In this document: one piece after another, positions 1 to 12,904 of the stretch | Layout: every line of letters starts with the position of its first letter | How positions within the stretch are numbered: position 1 is the stretch's first letter | Assembly: GCA_964016885.1 (NCBI GenBank) | Contig: OZ024747.1 | Coordinates: 2,108,001-2,172,000 of the forward strand | Direction of reading: 5' to 3' | From: Eledone cirrhosa | Taxonomy: Eukaryota | DNA: 64,000 nt | Notes under the pieces: generated by a model | What the model was told of the DNA's origin: nothing | Seen by the model: the letters and a program-made list of their open reading frames with translations, nothing else | Databases searched by the model: none | Translations under genes and position numbers: made by a program

Positions 1-510
1 CTCATGGGATTAAATCATTTTAAAATCTCCATGTTGAGTGTCAGTCAGTCTCCAGAATTATGAAACTAACCTTAATATTTTAAAAGAAACTAAAGATGAA
101 TGTTGACAGTAAAATCTGTGAAAGACAAGCTGATTTGTAGATTATGAAGCTGTCCAACAGATATGACTCATCTTTAGATACATACACACAGCAACTTCTA
201 TAAATTTATTATCTTCACATACAAATATTGTATGCAAAGATTTCTGTATATAATAGAATAGAAGAAGACTTCAACTGAAGAACAACTCAGTGTCACAGAA
301 GATTTAAAAGCAATTTACATTAAATACAAAAGTGATTTGAAAGGTATTTTCAGCATTACAAGCTAATTAAAGGTACTAAGGTAATGTTCATAAAAGCTTG
401 CACTGTTTGAATTATTCATTTCTCCATCACCAGCACCAGCACTACCCACACATATAGAGAGAACATTCTAATAATAATAATAATAATAGTAATAATAATA
501 ATAATAATAA

Positions 511-711
511 TGGTTTCTTATATAGGCACAAGGCCAGCAATTTTTGGAGGAGAGGAAAGTTGTTAAAATCGACCCCTTGCATGACTGGTACATTATTTTA
601 TTGACCCCGTAAGGATGAAAGGCAAAGTTAACCTCGGCGGGATTTGAACTCAGATCATAAAGGACCGTAACTCTATGCCGCAAAGCATGGCGTCCGACCC
701 TCTGCCAATCC
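511..711 (-). mobile_element. tRNA-derived SINE (family A, Meta/MESC-like central domain) embedded in (AAT)n
   Basis: Reverse strand has B-box GAGTTCAAATCC, body GAGGTTAACTTTGCCTTTCATCCTTACGGGGTCAATAAAATA..GTACCAG and an AGAAACCA(TTA)n tail; about 10 related copies in the window. Confidence 0.85.
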
Positions 712-1097
712 AAATAATAATAATAATAATAATAACAATAATAATAATAATAATCATCATAATTCCCAGCAAGTTGGATATTTAAATTTGGTAGATAAGC
801 AAATTTTATCTGCTCTTCTGAAAATAAGATCCATTTAGAGAAATGAGAATTAGCTAAGGTAGTCTGTCTTGTAGGTACATTTACATAGCGGTCATTTATT
901 GTAATATTGAAAGATTATAGTAAATAAGTGGCTGCTTGTTAAAGACAATTATATTTACAATAGGCACTGCAGTGTCTTAGTTGACAGGACAGGAAACAAC
1001 TGGACACAACTGGTTGTGACATTAGATATATTTGAGACAAGATGGAAACCATCAGCTTCATTTATATAATACTTGTAGAAAGGTTAAATTAGAGATG

Positions 1098-1212
1098 GTA
1101 CATGGCTGTATGGTTAAGGTGTTGGGCTCAGGATTGTAAGGTTGTGGGTTTGATTCACAGATGGAGCAGTGTGTTGTTTCCTTGAGCAATGTACTTCATT
1201 CCACTCAACTGA
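1098..1212 (+). mobile_element. tRNA-derived SINE 5' part (family B, CORE-like)
   Basis: A-box-like TGGCTGTATGG, degenerate B-box GGTTTGATTC, then GTGTTGTTTCCTTGAGCAATGTACTTCATT resembling the CORE motif; related to 4288 and 28610. Confidence 0.6.
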
Positions 1213-1224
1213 AATAGATGAATA

Positions 1225-1437
1225 CCAGCAGCAGCAGCAGCAACAACATTGGCAGAAGTGGCTGCAGCATCATCATCATCATCAGCTGCAGCAGCATCAG
1301 CAGTAATAGTAGCAGCATCAGCAGCAGTAGTAGCAGCATCAGCAGTAGTAGCATCATCATCATCATGAGCAGCAGCAGCAACAGCAGCAGCATCGGCAGC
1401 ATCAGAAGCAGTAGAAGCAGCAGCAGCAAGAGCAGTA
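1225..1437. repeat. Imperfect (CAG/CAT/TAG)n trinucleotide tract
   Basis: Direct reading; explains the poly-L/poly-S ORFs. Confidence 0.9.
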
Positions 1438-1576
1438 ACTGGCAGCTAACTTTGTGATGGTTTAGTGTCATGTTGATGGGGTGGCGGTAGTTTTGTACGG
1501 TCCATTCCTTGACCCTACATCAAACTGGTGACCTCTAGGCTGAAGAGAGGATTTAACAGATGGACATGATCTGGTT

Positions 1577-4238
1577 CATTGGTACAGTGACCTGACACTG
1601 GTACAGTGACCTGACATTGGTACAGTGACCTGTCATTGGTACAGTGACCTGTCATTGGTACAGTGACCTGACATTGGTACAGTCCTGTCATTGGTACAGT
1701 GACCTGACATTGGTACAGTGACCTGACATTGGCACAGTGATCTGGTTCATTGGTACAGTGACCTGACACTGGTACAGTGACCTGACATTGGTACAGCGAC
1801 CTGACATTGGTACAGTCCTGTCATTGGTACAGTGACCTGACATTGGTACAGTGACCTGACATTGGTACAGTGACCTGACATTGGTACAGTGACCTGACAT
1901 TGGTACAGAGACCTGTCATTGGTACAGTGACCTGACATTGGTACAGTGACCTGATATTGGTACAGTGACCTGACATTGGTACAGTGACCTGACATTGGTA
2001 CAGTGACCTGACATTGGTACAGTGACCTGACATTGGTACAGTGACCTGACATTGGTACAGTGACCTGACATTGGTACAGTGACCTGACATTGGTACAGTG
2101 ACCTGACATTGGTACAGAGACCTGTCATTGGTACAGTGACCTGACATTGGTACAGTGACCTGACATTGGTACAGTGACCTGACATTGGTACAGTGACCTG
2201 ACATTGGTACAGTGACCTGACATTGGTACAGTGACCTGACATTGGTACAGTGACCTGACATTGGTACAGTGATCTGGTTCATTGGTACAGTGACCTGACA
2301 TTGGTACAGTGACCTGACATTGGTACAGCGACCTGACATTGGTACAGTCCTGTCATTGGTACAGTGACCTGACATTGGTACAGTGACCTGACATTGGTAC
2401 AGTGACCTGACATTGGTACAGTGACCTGACATTGGTACAGTGACCTGTCATTGGTACAGTGACCTGACATTGGTACAGTGACCTGACATTGGTACAGTCC
2501 TGACATTGGTACAGTGACCTGACATTGGTACAGTGACCTGACATTGGTACAGAGACCTGTCATTGGTACAGTGACCTGACATTGGTACAGTGACCTGTCA
2601 TTGGTACAGTGACCTGACATTGGTACAGAGACCTGTCATTGGTACAGTGACCTGACATTGGTACAGTGACCTGACATTGGTACAGTGACCTGACATTGGT
2701 ACAGTGACCTGACATTGGTACAGTCACCTGACATTGGTACAGTGACCTGACATTGGTACAGTGACCTGACATTGGTACAGTGACCTGACATTGGTACTGT
2801 GACCTGTCATTGGTACAGTGACCTGACATTGGTACAGTGATCTGGTTCATTGGTACAGTGACCTGACATTGGTACAGTGACCTGACATTGGTACAGTGAT
2901 CTGGTTCATTGGTACAGTGACCTGTCACTGGTACAGTGACCTGACATTGGTACAGTGACCTGACATTGGTACAGTGACCTGACATTGGTACAGTGACCTG
3001 ACTTTGGTACAGTCCTGACATTGGTACAGTCCTGACATTGGTACAGTGACCTGTCATTGGTACAGTGACCTGACATTGGTACAGTCCTGACATTGGTACA
3101 GTCCTGACATTGGTACAGTGACCTGACATTGGTACAGTGACCTGACATTGGTACAGTGACCTGACATTGGTACAGTGACCTGACATTGGTACAGTGACCT
3201 GACATTGGTACAATCCTGACATTGGTACAGTGACCTGACATTGGTACAGTGACCTGTCATTGGTACAGTGACCTGACATTGGTACAGTGATCTGGTTCAT
3301 TGGTACAGTGACCTGACTTTGGTACAGTGACCTGTCATTGGTACAGTGACCTGTCATTGGTACAGTGACCTGACATTGGTACAGTGACCTGACTTTGGTA
3401 CAGTGACCTGTCATTGGTACAGTGACCTGTCATTGGTACAGTGACCTGTCATTGGTACAGTGACCTGACATTGGTACAGTGACCTGACATTGGTACAGTG
3501 ACCTGACTTTGGTACAGTGACCTGTCATTGGTACAGTGACCTGTCATTGGTACAGTGACCTGTCATTGGTACAGTGACCTGACATTGGTACAGTGACCTG
3601 ACATTGGTACAGTGACCTGACATTGGTACAGTGACCTGACATTGGTACAGTGACCTGTCATTGGTACAGTGACCTGACATTGGTACAGTGACCTGACATT
3701 GGTACAGTGACCTGACATTGGTACAGTGACCTGACATTGGTACAGTGACCTGACATTGGTACAGTGACCTGACATTGGTACAGTGACCTGACATTGGTAC
3801 AGTGACCTGACTTTGGTACAGTGACCTGTCATTGGTACAGTGACCTGTCATTGGTACAGTGACCTGTCATTGGTACAGTGACCTGTCATTGGTACAGTGA
3901 CCTGACATTGGTACAGTGACCTGACATTGGTACAGTGACCTGACTTTGGTACAGTGACCTGTCATTGGTACAGTGACCTGTCATTGGTACAGTGACCTGT
4001 CATTGGTACAGTGACCTGTCATTGGTACAGTGACCTGACATTGGTACAGTGACCTGACTTTGGTACAGTGACCTGTCATTGGTACAGTGACCTGTCATTG
4101 GTACAGTGACCTGACATTGGTACAGTGACCTGACTTTGGTACAGTGACCTGTCATTGGTACAGTGACCTGTCATTGGTACAGTGACCTGTCATTGGTACA
4201 GTGACCTGTCATTGGTACAGTGACCTGTCATTGGTACA
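1577..4238. repeat. Minisatellite, 19-bp unit CATTGGTACAGTGACCTGA, about 140 copies, with 17- and 21-bp variant units
   Basis: Direct reading; all ORFs in this span are repeat translations. Confidence 0.98.
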
Positions 4239-4287
4239 ATTTTTATGAACATTTGGCTGTGAAGTATACTTAAGATTAATGGCGGAA

Positions 4288-4510
4288 ATGTGGTCTAGTG
4301 GTAAAGGTGTTGAACATACAATCATAATGACATGGGTTTGCTTCCTAGACTGGGTTGTGTGTTGTGTTCTTGAACAAAACACTTCATTTCACATTACTCC
4401 AAGCTTAAAATGAATAACAGCAGCATCCTGTCCAGGGGAGGGTCATGCCATAGAAACTGGAATAAGCACCTGCCTGATGAGCCTTCTGGCTCGAGACAGA
4501 CTTTAGACTT
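4288..4510 (+). mobile_element. tRNA-derived SINE family B (CORE-like), near full length
   Basis: A-box TGGTCTAGTGG, CORE-like GTGTTGTGTTCTTGAACAAAACACTTCATT, 3' stem-loop GAGCC-TTCT-GGCTC and an AGACTTT repeat tail. Confidence 0.7.
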
Positions 4511-4594
4511 TTTTTAAAATTAATATTTGAGATTCAACAACATTGTTTATTTAGTAACGTTGTGTTATGTTACATTTGCTATGGCTGTCTCTAG

Positions 4595-4743
4595 TCTCAA
4601 TTCAAATACTGCCAAGTTCAACTTTGCCTTTCATCTTTACGGGGTCAATAAAATAAAGTACCAGTAATGCACTGGTGCCAATTTAATCAACTTTCCCCAC
4701 CCAACAAATTGCTAGCCTTGTACCAGTGTTAGAAATCATTATT
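4595..4743 (+). mobile_element. SINE family A, 5'-truncated
   Basis: CAACTTTGCCTTTCATCTTTACGGGGTCAATAAAATAAAGTACCAG body and AGAAATCATTATT end. Confidence 0.8.
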
Positions 4744-6379
4744 AAGATAATATTTACAACATAACAAAAGGTTCTGATATAAAATATTGGACGATTTTAA
4801 TTTCAATAGAAACCCTTTAAAATTGGGTGAATTTGTTTCAAACAGAAGCAGTATGAGGTAGGTTGGTATTAAAAGTGTTAAAGATATGGTCTCTCTCTTC
4901 AGTTAGACAATCAATGGGAAATGCCAGTCAGACTTTAATTTTTTATGTGTGTTTCTTGTGATATAAGCTTTACTATTAATTATATGCCTTTCTTTTCAAT
5001 GTTTTATGGTTTTTAATAATGTTTGACTTTTTAATAATATTATTATCATAGTTATAACGAAATTCAGTGTATTGTAGTAAAAGATTAATTTTATTTATGT
5101 TCTGTCAAACCGTTTATCATAATTCCTGCAGTTAAGTCTAAATTGGAATTAAAACTTGAAGTTCTGGTTGAAGAAATATAATATTGCAAATATTCTTAAA
5201 ACACATGAAAAATTATTTTATTAATAGTAAATATTACAGAGTTTATTATTATTTCCCCTTGTGTGCTAGAAATATAATTACATAGTTTTTCACTATATAT
5301 TTTTCATTTTCCCCCACCACATAACAACAATTTCCTTTATTGCAATTTATCATTGTAATATCTCGCATTCTTTTTTTGAAAAAAAAAAAAAAAGAAATGT
5401 CAAATCTTATATAGTGAGGAAAAGTTTGTTAATATTTTATTCAATATCCTAATATATTTGTGTAATATATTTTGGCTGTCGGCAATCAGCTGCACTAAAA
5501 TATTGTTATTTTCACTTGTTCAATCATCATATTCTATTGAATATTTTAGAAACTATAAGTAACTTAGAAGTTTTGCTGGGTGTTACTCCGCTAGAAGGGT
5601 ATATAATAGATTATGTGAGGAGTGAAAGAAAGAAAGAAGAAATCTATTTAAATCCAATTTTGGAAAAGATAATTATGCCATAACTCTTTATGTTTAGTTT
5701 TCTAAATTAAGATCATTGACAATATCACAAAACATTGCTTTTCTTCAACATTTATATATTAGCTTAGCTTTTATACTACATATATATAGAGTACATATAA
5801 GGTAAACATCATCATCATCATCAGCAGCAACAGCAACAAAATCATCATCATCATCATTACCATCATCATCATCAGTTTAAATCCATTTTATTATGTTTAT
5901 TACTTTATTCTTTTATTCAGAGTCAAGTTGTTATATGTAAATAAGTGTTGATGTTCTCTCTCTTTCCCTACCTCTGTCTCCCTTACTCTCCCTATCTCCC
6001 TTTCCCTGCCTCTGTCTCTCTCACTCTCCCCCTCTCTCACTATTATAAACAAATGGGGGCCCTCTGATCTGGTTATCATAAACCATTTGATTAATTCTGC
6101 ATTTTGAAATCGAAATGGTTTAAGTTCAATTGTTATAATTATATTATATTCTATAATATCTACACTCTACTTTCCTTAAGTATGGAGTACTAAGTTGTGT
6201 GATTGTCTTACTGATCTTAACTGGTAACATCTCCTATATATATGGTATGGAGAACAGGGAGACAATAAATGAAGGTAGTACTTCATACATATATAGCTAA
6301 AGAGCTTGTATAATGATTAGTACTATCCAAATAGAGGACCAGCTACTTCGGTTGACCTGCATGCTTACTGGCTTGGAAC

Positions 6380-6990
6380 AGTTTATCTCTAGTCATAATC
6401 CAGCATGAAGCCAACCTCGTCAGGGGAAATAATCCTTGTAACAAATCAATTCAATGACATAAGGAAGAGGTAGATATGTGATGAACATGAATGTCATTAT
6501 TACTGTACAGAATGTCCAGAAATAAGGATTAACACCAGCACTAGAAATACACTTAAAATAGGGAAAGAAATATAATTTGGTTTACACCCCTACCTTCTAA
6601 CATAGGTAAAACATTCTTAGAGTTTCCCCTCTGAAAATAGATATAGGAACATTTTCAATGGGTAGTCGATGAAAATCAGCAACTCCTGTCGACCTTTCAT
6701 GAAGGTAAACATTACAAATAGAAATCAACCTGATGTAAACTCGGGATTTTCTTGCAGGATTAAAGAAGATTGCCCTCTGCAATAAAAATGTAACACCAAG
6801 TTGGTTGTATATGAAACCACTATCATATTAATTATGACCAACTACACAGAGAGCAAAAAAGATGTGTGTATGACATAAGACTGGTTTAAACAACGGTACT
6901 ACTCACATACTGCATTTATCTAACATCAGGAAATGACCACAGCACTGGCAAATTGTTATGGGACCTTATTTGGGTAAAACAACATGTTCA
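6380..6990 (+). mobile_element. Decayed Penelope-like retroelement, RT C-terminus/linker and GIY-YIG endonuclease
   Basis: Manual translation across stops and frameshifts gives RNIIWFTP..SNIGKTFL..FPSENRYRNIFN..KISNSCRPFMKVNITNRN..CPLQ*KCNTKLVVYE..WFKQRYYSHT, matching the PLE pattern WFNPP/NIGK.FL/CPL.GKC...VVY/FK.RY..H. Confidence 0.75.
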
Positions 6991-7264
6991 TCTTTCATAA
7001 GAGTTAGTAAGACATAAATTAAGTGACATAAAGAATAGTCAAACTGGAAGTTCTCTTTGTTTTGTTATGGTTTTAGTCTTAGAATTCTGTTATAAAATAT
7101 TCTCTATTTCTAGATGACACTCTGTGTCAATCATTGAACATTAATTAAAAAGGAGTATTTTGAATTTGCTATTCACACAAATATTTTAATGTTTGCTTAG
7201 TGAGATCTTCCTTAGTTCCAGTGTTTGTATTTGTTGTGTGGAAACAAATATAAAATATTTGTGA

Positions 7265-7462
7265 TAATAATGATAATATTTGATCTGTTTGCAAGTAAAC
7301 AGCCTCATTATGTTACGTGTTTAAGATGACCATTGCTATCCTTTTCTAGCAGTGACAGAGAGAAACAATCTGCCACCACTAGAACAAAAGGATAATGAAA
7401 GTTATTTAAATAACACAACATAATGAGGCTGTTTGCTTGCAAATGAATTAAATACTATTATT
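7265..7462. repeat. Degenerate ~200-bp fold-back (old MITE-like palindrome)
   Basis: TTGCAAGTAAACAGCCTCATTATGTT (7289-7314) pairs with AACATAATGAGGCTGTTTGCTTGCAA (7417-7442); weaker pairing continues to a centre near 7365. Confidence 0.75.
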
Positions 7463-7639
7463 TTGATATAAAACTCAAGAATGCATTTATGTATCCGCTA
7501 TGTTAGAACAAAACTAATTTTGTTTTCAAATATAAAATACTTTCTTGTTAAATATAAGCCGCTATACCTAGCTTTGAGTTATCTGAAGAAGAGCTTTGAC
7601 AGAATACCATGATCTGTTGTCTGCTGGTCCTTAAAAAAC

Positions 7640-8560
7640 TGCATATAGATGAATGGCTTCAGGGAGCAGTGCAAGCCATGTAGAGAAGTGCTGTCAGTAA
7701 AGTGAGAGTTGGTAATCAGTTTAGCGGGGAATTCAATAAGCAAGTAGGCATTCATCGTGGCTCTGTTCTCCACCCATTTCTGTTTATTATATTGTTCTCC
7801 AGGCCACAACAGAGGAATTTAATTCCATCTGTCTATGAATGGCCTTACATGCGAGGTTTTTGTAGCTGAGTTTGATGAAGAGCTAGAGAAGAAAATGCTG
7901 TCGTGGAAATAGAACTAAGAATCAAAAGGGCTGAGAGGGAATTTAGCAAAGACCAAAGTCTTAATGAGATGGAAAAAAAAAAAGGCACAAGATGCTGATA
8001 CCATCAGGAAAATGGCCATGTTTGATATATAATAAAGGATTGGTTAAGAACTCCATACTATGCACACAATGTAAAATACAGGTTCACAAGATGTGAAGGA
8101 TAAGAGGAAGGTTAACCCAAAAGGTAGGTTTTCTATGTGGCAGATGCATGGGAATAGTTGGTAGTAAGAGCACCAGTAAAATAAACTTTTTCCAATCCCA
8201 AGAAAGTACCACAGAGTAGTAGATAGCTTCTGTTGCATAGGTGGCCCAATTTGTAGTGTAACTATAATAAGAACATGATAGAAAAAGTTGAGAGAGTTAC
8301 TGCCCTTGTTAACAACAAAGAATTTTCTCTCTCTAAGTAAAAAGCAGGCTGTTTAATGCCTACATGTGAAGTGTGATGCTGTATGGTAGTAAGACCTTGG
8401 TCATGAATGTAGTGAATATATAAAGACAGGTGAGAAACACATTAGGTCTGCTGTCATGGATGTATAATGTTAGTCTGTATGAACAGCAAAACATGGATGA
8501 ACTGATAGGAAACTAAACATAAGAGATGACGTGTGTATGAGAGAAGTGTGTGCTGCTATA
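7640..8560 (+). mobile_element. Decayed RTE-clade LINE, reverse transcriptase region
   Basis: AVQAM*RSAVSKVRVGNQFSGEFNKQVGIHRGSVLHPFLFI..VLQATTEEF, later GLRGNLAKTKVL and VMLYGSKT; many stops. Confidence 0.8.
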
Positions 8561-8727
8561 GAAGTTCTAACACAAATGTCTTGTCACACAAATCAGTAGT
8601 GAGAAGTATTTCGCTTGTTAAGGAAAATGAAAACAGGCAGAGTTATGTACCTTGTTCAGAAGCACAGCACTGTAGAAGTATTGCAGTCTTTCACTCTCTC
8701 TCTCTCTCTCTTTCTCTCTCTCTGCCT

Positions 8728-8763
<36 letters not shown>

Positions 8764-8767
<4 letters not shown>

Positions 8768-9423
8768 GGACTAACTTTATTCATATGTAACCCATTAGCA
8801 ACCACGCAGCACGTTTATTCTCATATTTACACATATTTTTTCCCCCACTGTGACCCGTCTATTTCGTTCTTACTGCTTCCTCTTTCTCTGTATCTTTACC
8901 CTCTCTAACAGTCACTCTCTCTATTAGCCTCTTCCTCACCCTTCACTCACTCACTCTCTGTTACTACCTCTCCTCCTCCTCCTTCTTCCCGTTTGACCTG
9001 GCGTAATTCTTTTCTTTCGCACGCTTGGTCAGGCAGGTTCGCTTTTTTTTCTCTCTCTCGTCTACGATTTCACAGAACTTATGTTCACCGAATTCACAGA
9101 CTAGATTCCTTCTTCCTCCCGTTAAACCTGTACGGAATTCCTTCCTTGCTCACATTCCAACCAGGTTTGATGGTCTTTATTCTCTCTCGTTCACGATTTC
9201 ACTGAACTTATATTCATGGAAATTTGGGACTTGACTCCTTCTTCCTCACTTTTCGTTGCTTCACCATCTTTGTTTGTTTACACTCTCGTGTCCCCTTTAT
9301 TTACGTGTCCCAACGACTTTTTTTAGCCGTTGCTCGCACCAACCGGAGGTATATGGTCTTTAAAGCGATGAAATACCAATGATGGTTGGAAGATCACTGA
9401 TGAAGGACTAACTTTATTCATAT
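8764..9423. mobile_element. ~660-bp non-coding element with 23-bp terminal direct repeats, inserted in (TA)n
   Basis: TGAAGGACTAACTTTATTCATAT at 8764-8786 and 9401-9423; both ends abut (TA)n. Confidence 0.6.
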
Positions 9424-9562
9424 ATATATATATAATGTAGGAGGTGAGTTTTATTGTAGTACAATAAAGCAATGCAGATATCGGATAAGAAGCACTCTAC
9501 AGTTTGTGGGACTGGAGTATGCATAATATAAGATCAAAAGATGGTTAAAGGAGTTCCATATA

Positions 9563-9629
9563 TTTTATTATGCGCATTTCAAAAACAAACATCATCAAAC
9601 AATAATATTTGTGTTTTCATCAGATAAAA
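9563..9629 (-). ncRNA. Type I hammerhead ribozyme motif
   Basis: TTTTAT-CTGATGA-[16-bp stem II, GTTT loop]-GAAA-TGCGCA-TA-ATAAAA; stem I 6 bp, palindromic helix III ATGCGCAT, AUA cleavage triplet. Confidence 0.8.
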
Positions 9630-9751
9630 CAGGAGAACATGATATGAAGGCTAAAAAACACTTGTTGATAGTGCAGTTTTAAATCAACATATGTTGATTT
9701 AAAACTGCACTATCCACAAGTGTTTTTTAGCCTTCATATCATGTTCTCCTG

Positions 9752-9818
9752 TTTTATCTGATGAAAACACAAATATTATTGCATGATGATGTTTGTTTTT
9801 GAAATTCGCATAATAAAA
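9752..9818 (+). ncRNA. Type I hammerhead ribozyme motif (mirror copy)
   Basis: TTTTAT-CTGATGA-stem II-GAAA-TTCGCA-TA-ATAAAA; one substitution breaks the helix III palindrome. Confidence 0.7.
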
Positions 9819-9855
9819 TACATGGAACTCCTTTAACCATCTTTTGATCTTATAT

Positions 9856-9857
<2 letters not shown>

Positions 9858-9930
<73 letters not shown>

Positions 9931-10098
9931 TGTGTATGTTTGTGTCTGTGTGTTTGTGTCTGTGTGTGTCTATCTGTCTGTATGTGTGTATGTATGTGTG
10001 TGTATGTGTGTCTATCTGTATGTATGTGCGTCTGCCTGTATGTGTGTGTATGTGTGTCTATCTGTCTGTATGGGTGTGTCTATCTGTACGTGAGTGTG

Positions 10099-10137
<39 letters not shown>

Positions 10138-10140
10138 ATC
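9858..10140. repeat. Compound (TA)n/(TG)n/(TCTG)n microsatellite
   Basis: Direct reading. Confidence 0.9.
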
Positions 10141-10469
10141 TTCTCACGTGTTCCATATTTGTTTCATTGATGTAAAATTTTTATATTTCTGTCAATAGAA
10201 ATATTTATCTCCTTAATTCCAGCTTTTTAGGATTTTTCTCGCTCTCTTCTTTCTCTTTAATTTTCTTTCTCTTTCTCTCTCTCACTTTCTCTATTTTTCT
10301 CTCTATCCCTGTTGTTCTTTCTTTCTTCTCCCTCTTTTTCTTTCTCTCCCCCTCTCACTTTCTCTCCCTCTCTCACTTTCTCTCCCTCTCTCACTTTCTC
10401 TCCCCCCTGCCTCCTTACTTTCAACACCCCCTCCCTCTCTCTTTATAAACAATGAGGTCCAAGAAGCAC

Positions 10470-10620
10470 AAAATATGTTTAAGTCCCTACAGTTGCCTCC
10501 CTTTAATACTTCTCCTTCACCCTTGTAACAGTTGTCAATGGCGCTGCTACACCAACCATTGGGTATCACATCTTCCAGCACTACCTCATTTACTAAGTCA
10601 CTAATCTGTATTCTGCTCCA
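10470..10620 (-). mobile_element. RTE LINE fragment (N-terminal part of the RT domain)
   Basis: SDLVNEVVLEDVIPNGWCSSAIDNCYKGEGEVLKGGNCRDLNI matches the RTE pattern IP.DW..S.I...YKGKGD.....NYRGI. Confidence 0.75.
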
Positions 10621-10624
10621 CATC

Positions 10625-10920
10625 GGCAACCTGGTGTTTTCAGGTACCAACGGAGGCTTCACTGCTTACCAGACTGAGGAGGGTAAACTGTTAAAGTATC
10701 GGTCGCTCTCTGTTAGGTTTGGGGTTGAGCCTATGGCAGTGGAGCCTTCCAGTATTCCTGCCCCCCCCCCCCCGACTATATCCCTACTCACAGCCATCAG
10801 AGCAAAGTTGGCTATCTGCAAATCTGTGCTCAGCAAGCTGGAGTGGCTCTTACAGTGCACCTCTCGTCATATTCTGGGGCAATGCCTTCGCCATCCTGTT
10901 GGCAGGGAAAACAAGGCGGA
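10625..10920 (+). mobile_element. CRE-like (restriction-like endonuclease) non-LTR retrotransposon 3' fragment
   Basis: AYQTEEGKLLKYRSLSVRFGVEPMAVE...LEWLLQ, then frameshifted LVIFWGNAFAIL; matches the A...E..K..KY..L...F.P.A.E / Q.......RGNA..IL C-terminus. Confidence 0.6.
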
Positions 10921-10978
10921 TAACATATTAGGGCAAAAGTAGGGTAGCAGTCTTCAGACGAAAGTGTTGGTTATGCTG

Positions 10979-11061
<83 letters not shown>
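10979..11061. repeat. (CA)n microsatellite
   Basis: Direct reading. Confidence 0.95.
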
Positions 11062-11062
<1 letters not shown>

Positions 11063-11469
11063 CAGTATTTGCCATGTCCTGAAATTTAAGGTGGATTGGT
11101 TGGAAAATGAATATAGAGTGACACAAAACATGGGGCCAATTGTTTTGGGTCTCTCTCTCTCTCTCTCTCTCAATATACATATAAGGAAAAATAATTGGAG
11201 GAAAAAGCAATACATTTAAAAACAAGATTTACTCCTTACACAGTGTTTTATCTAAAGTACAATATCAATATAACAGGTCTATATATATATAGATGTGCGT
11301 ATGTATATATATTAATATAAAGATTATGTACTTAGAATCCTCAGAGAAGAAACATTATTGACTTCAAAGATATTGCTGGAGGGAAGTCCAATCTATACAA
11401 CAGCAAACGAATTTTACCATCAATGGTATACTTATTCCTTCAGTGGAATACTTAGAGGCAAGTAAAACA

Positions 11470-11647
11470 TAGTCCACGCTGTAATGTGGTTGGTGTTAGG
11501 AAGGGCATCCAGCCAGAGAAAACCTGTCAGATAGTCCTATATGAGCAAGACATGGTCACCCGACCAATCTTGCCTCAAGTGGGACAATTCCTGTCTAACC
11601 CATACTAGCGTGGAAGATAGACGTTAAGCGATGATGATGATGATGAT
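11470..11647 (+). mobile_element. SINE family C / RTE-type 3' end with (GAT)n tail
   Basis: GTGGTTGGTGTTAGGAAGGGCATCCAGC...AACCCATACTAGCGTGGAAG..GACGTTAA..(GAT)n; closely similar to 12500-12675. Confidence 0.8.
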
Positions 11648-11911
11648 ATATATATAAAGTTTAATATAGAAATGGCTTCTGTAGGACTAGAAACTTTTCA
11701 TTCAAAAGAAATGAGGAAAGCCGACTGTTGTATTTATGTTTTCTGGTGGTTGGGGAAGGTGGTGATTTGGGGGTTGGGTGGAGGTCAAGGGATTTTAAAG
11801 AATAGGGATTCTTTGAAAAACTATGTTTAGAAATATACACAATAATACAATGACACAGATAAAAGACAAAGATCACATTCTCCCTCATGTGTGTGTGTAT
11901 GTACACACACT

Positions 11912-12676
<765 letters not shown>

Positions 12677-12904
12677 TATATAAATATATATATATATGGC
12701 AGAAATCAACATCTGCTTCAAATATACTAAACATGGTTGTGTAGACACTCAATGTGGAATTGAAATAAACTGTAGGAATGACATGAGAAAGGTTCTAAAT
12801 GTGATACACACAGGTGGCTAAAGTAAGTTCCTTTAAGAATTCTCAGAGAAATCTTCCATTCAATATCTGTTGTGGTAACAGATGGGAGCTACCCACTCCC
12901 TACT

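Larger units (their letters stand above)
9522..9859. repeat. Near-perfect 338-bp spacer-less palindrome (centre 9690/9691), probable inverted Penelope-like terminal repeat
   Basis: 169-bp arms are reverse complements with only a few mismatches; unique extension 9437-9521; flanked by (TA)n. Confidence 0.92.

Noticed and set aside
1515-3851. Cys/His-rich repeat proteins from the ORF track
   Set aside because: Translations of a 19-bp repeat, open in all minus frames; no splice or start context.
4470-4505. Hammerhead at CTGATGAGCCTTCTGGCTCGAGAC
   Set aside because: No GAAA or helix III; it is the 3' stem-loop of a SINE tail.
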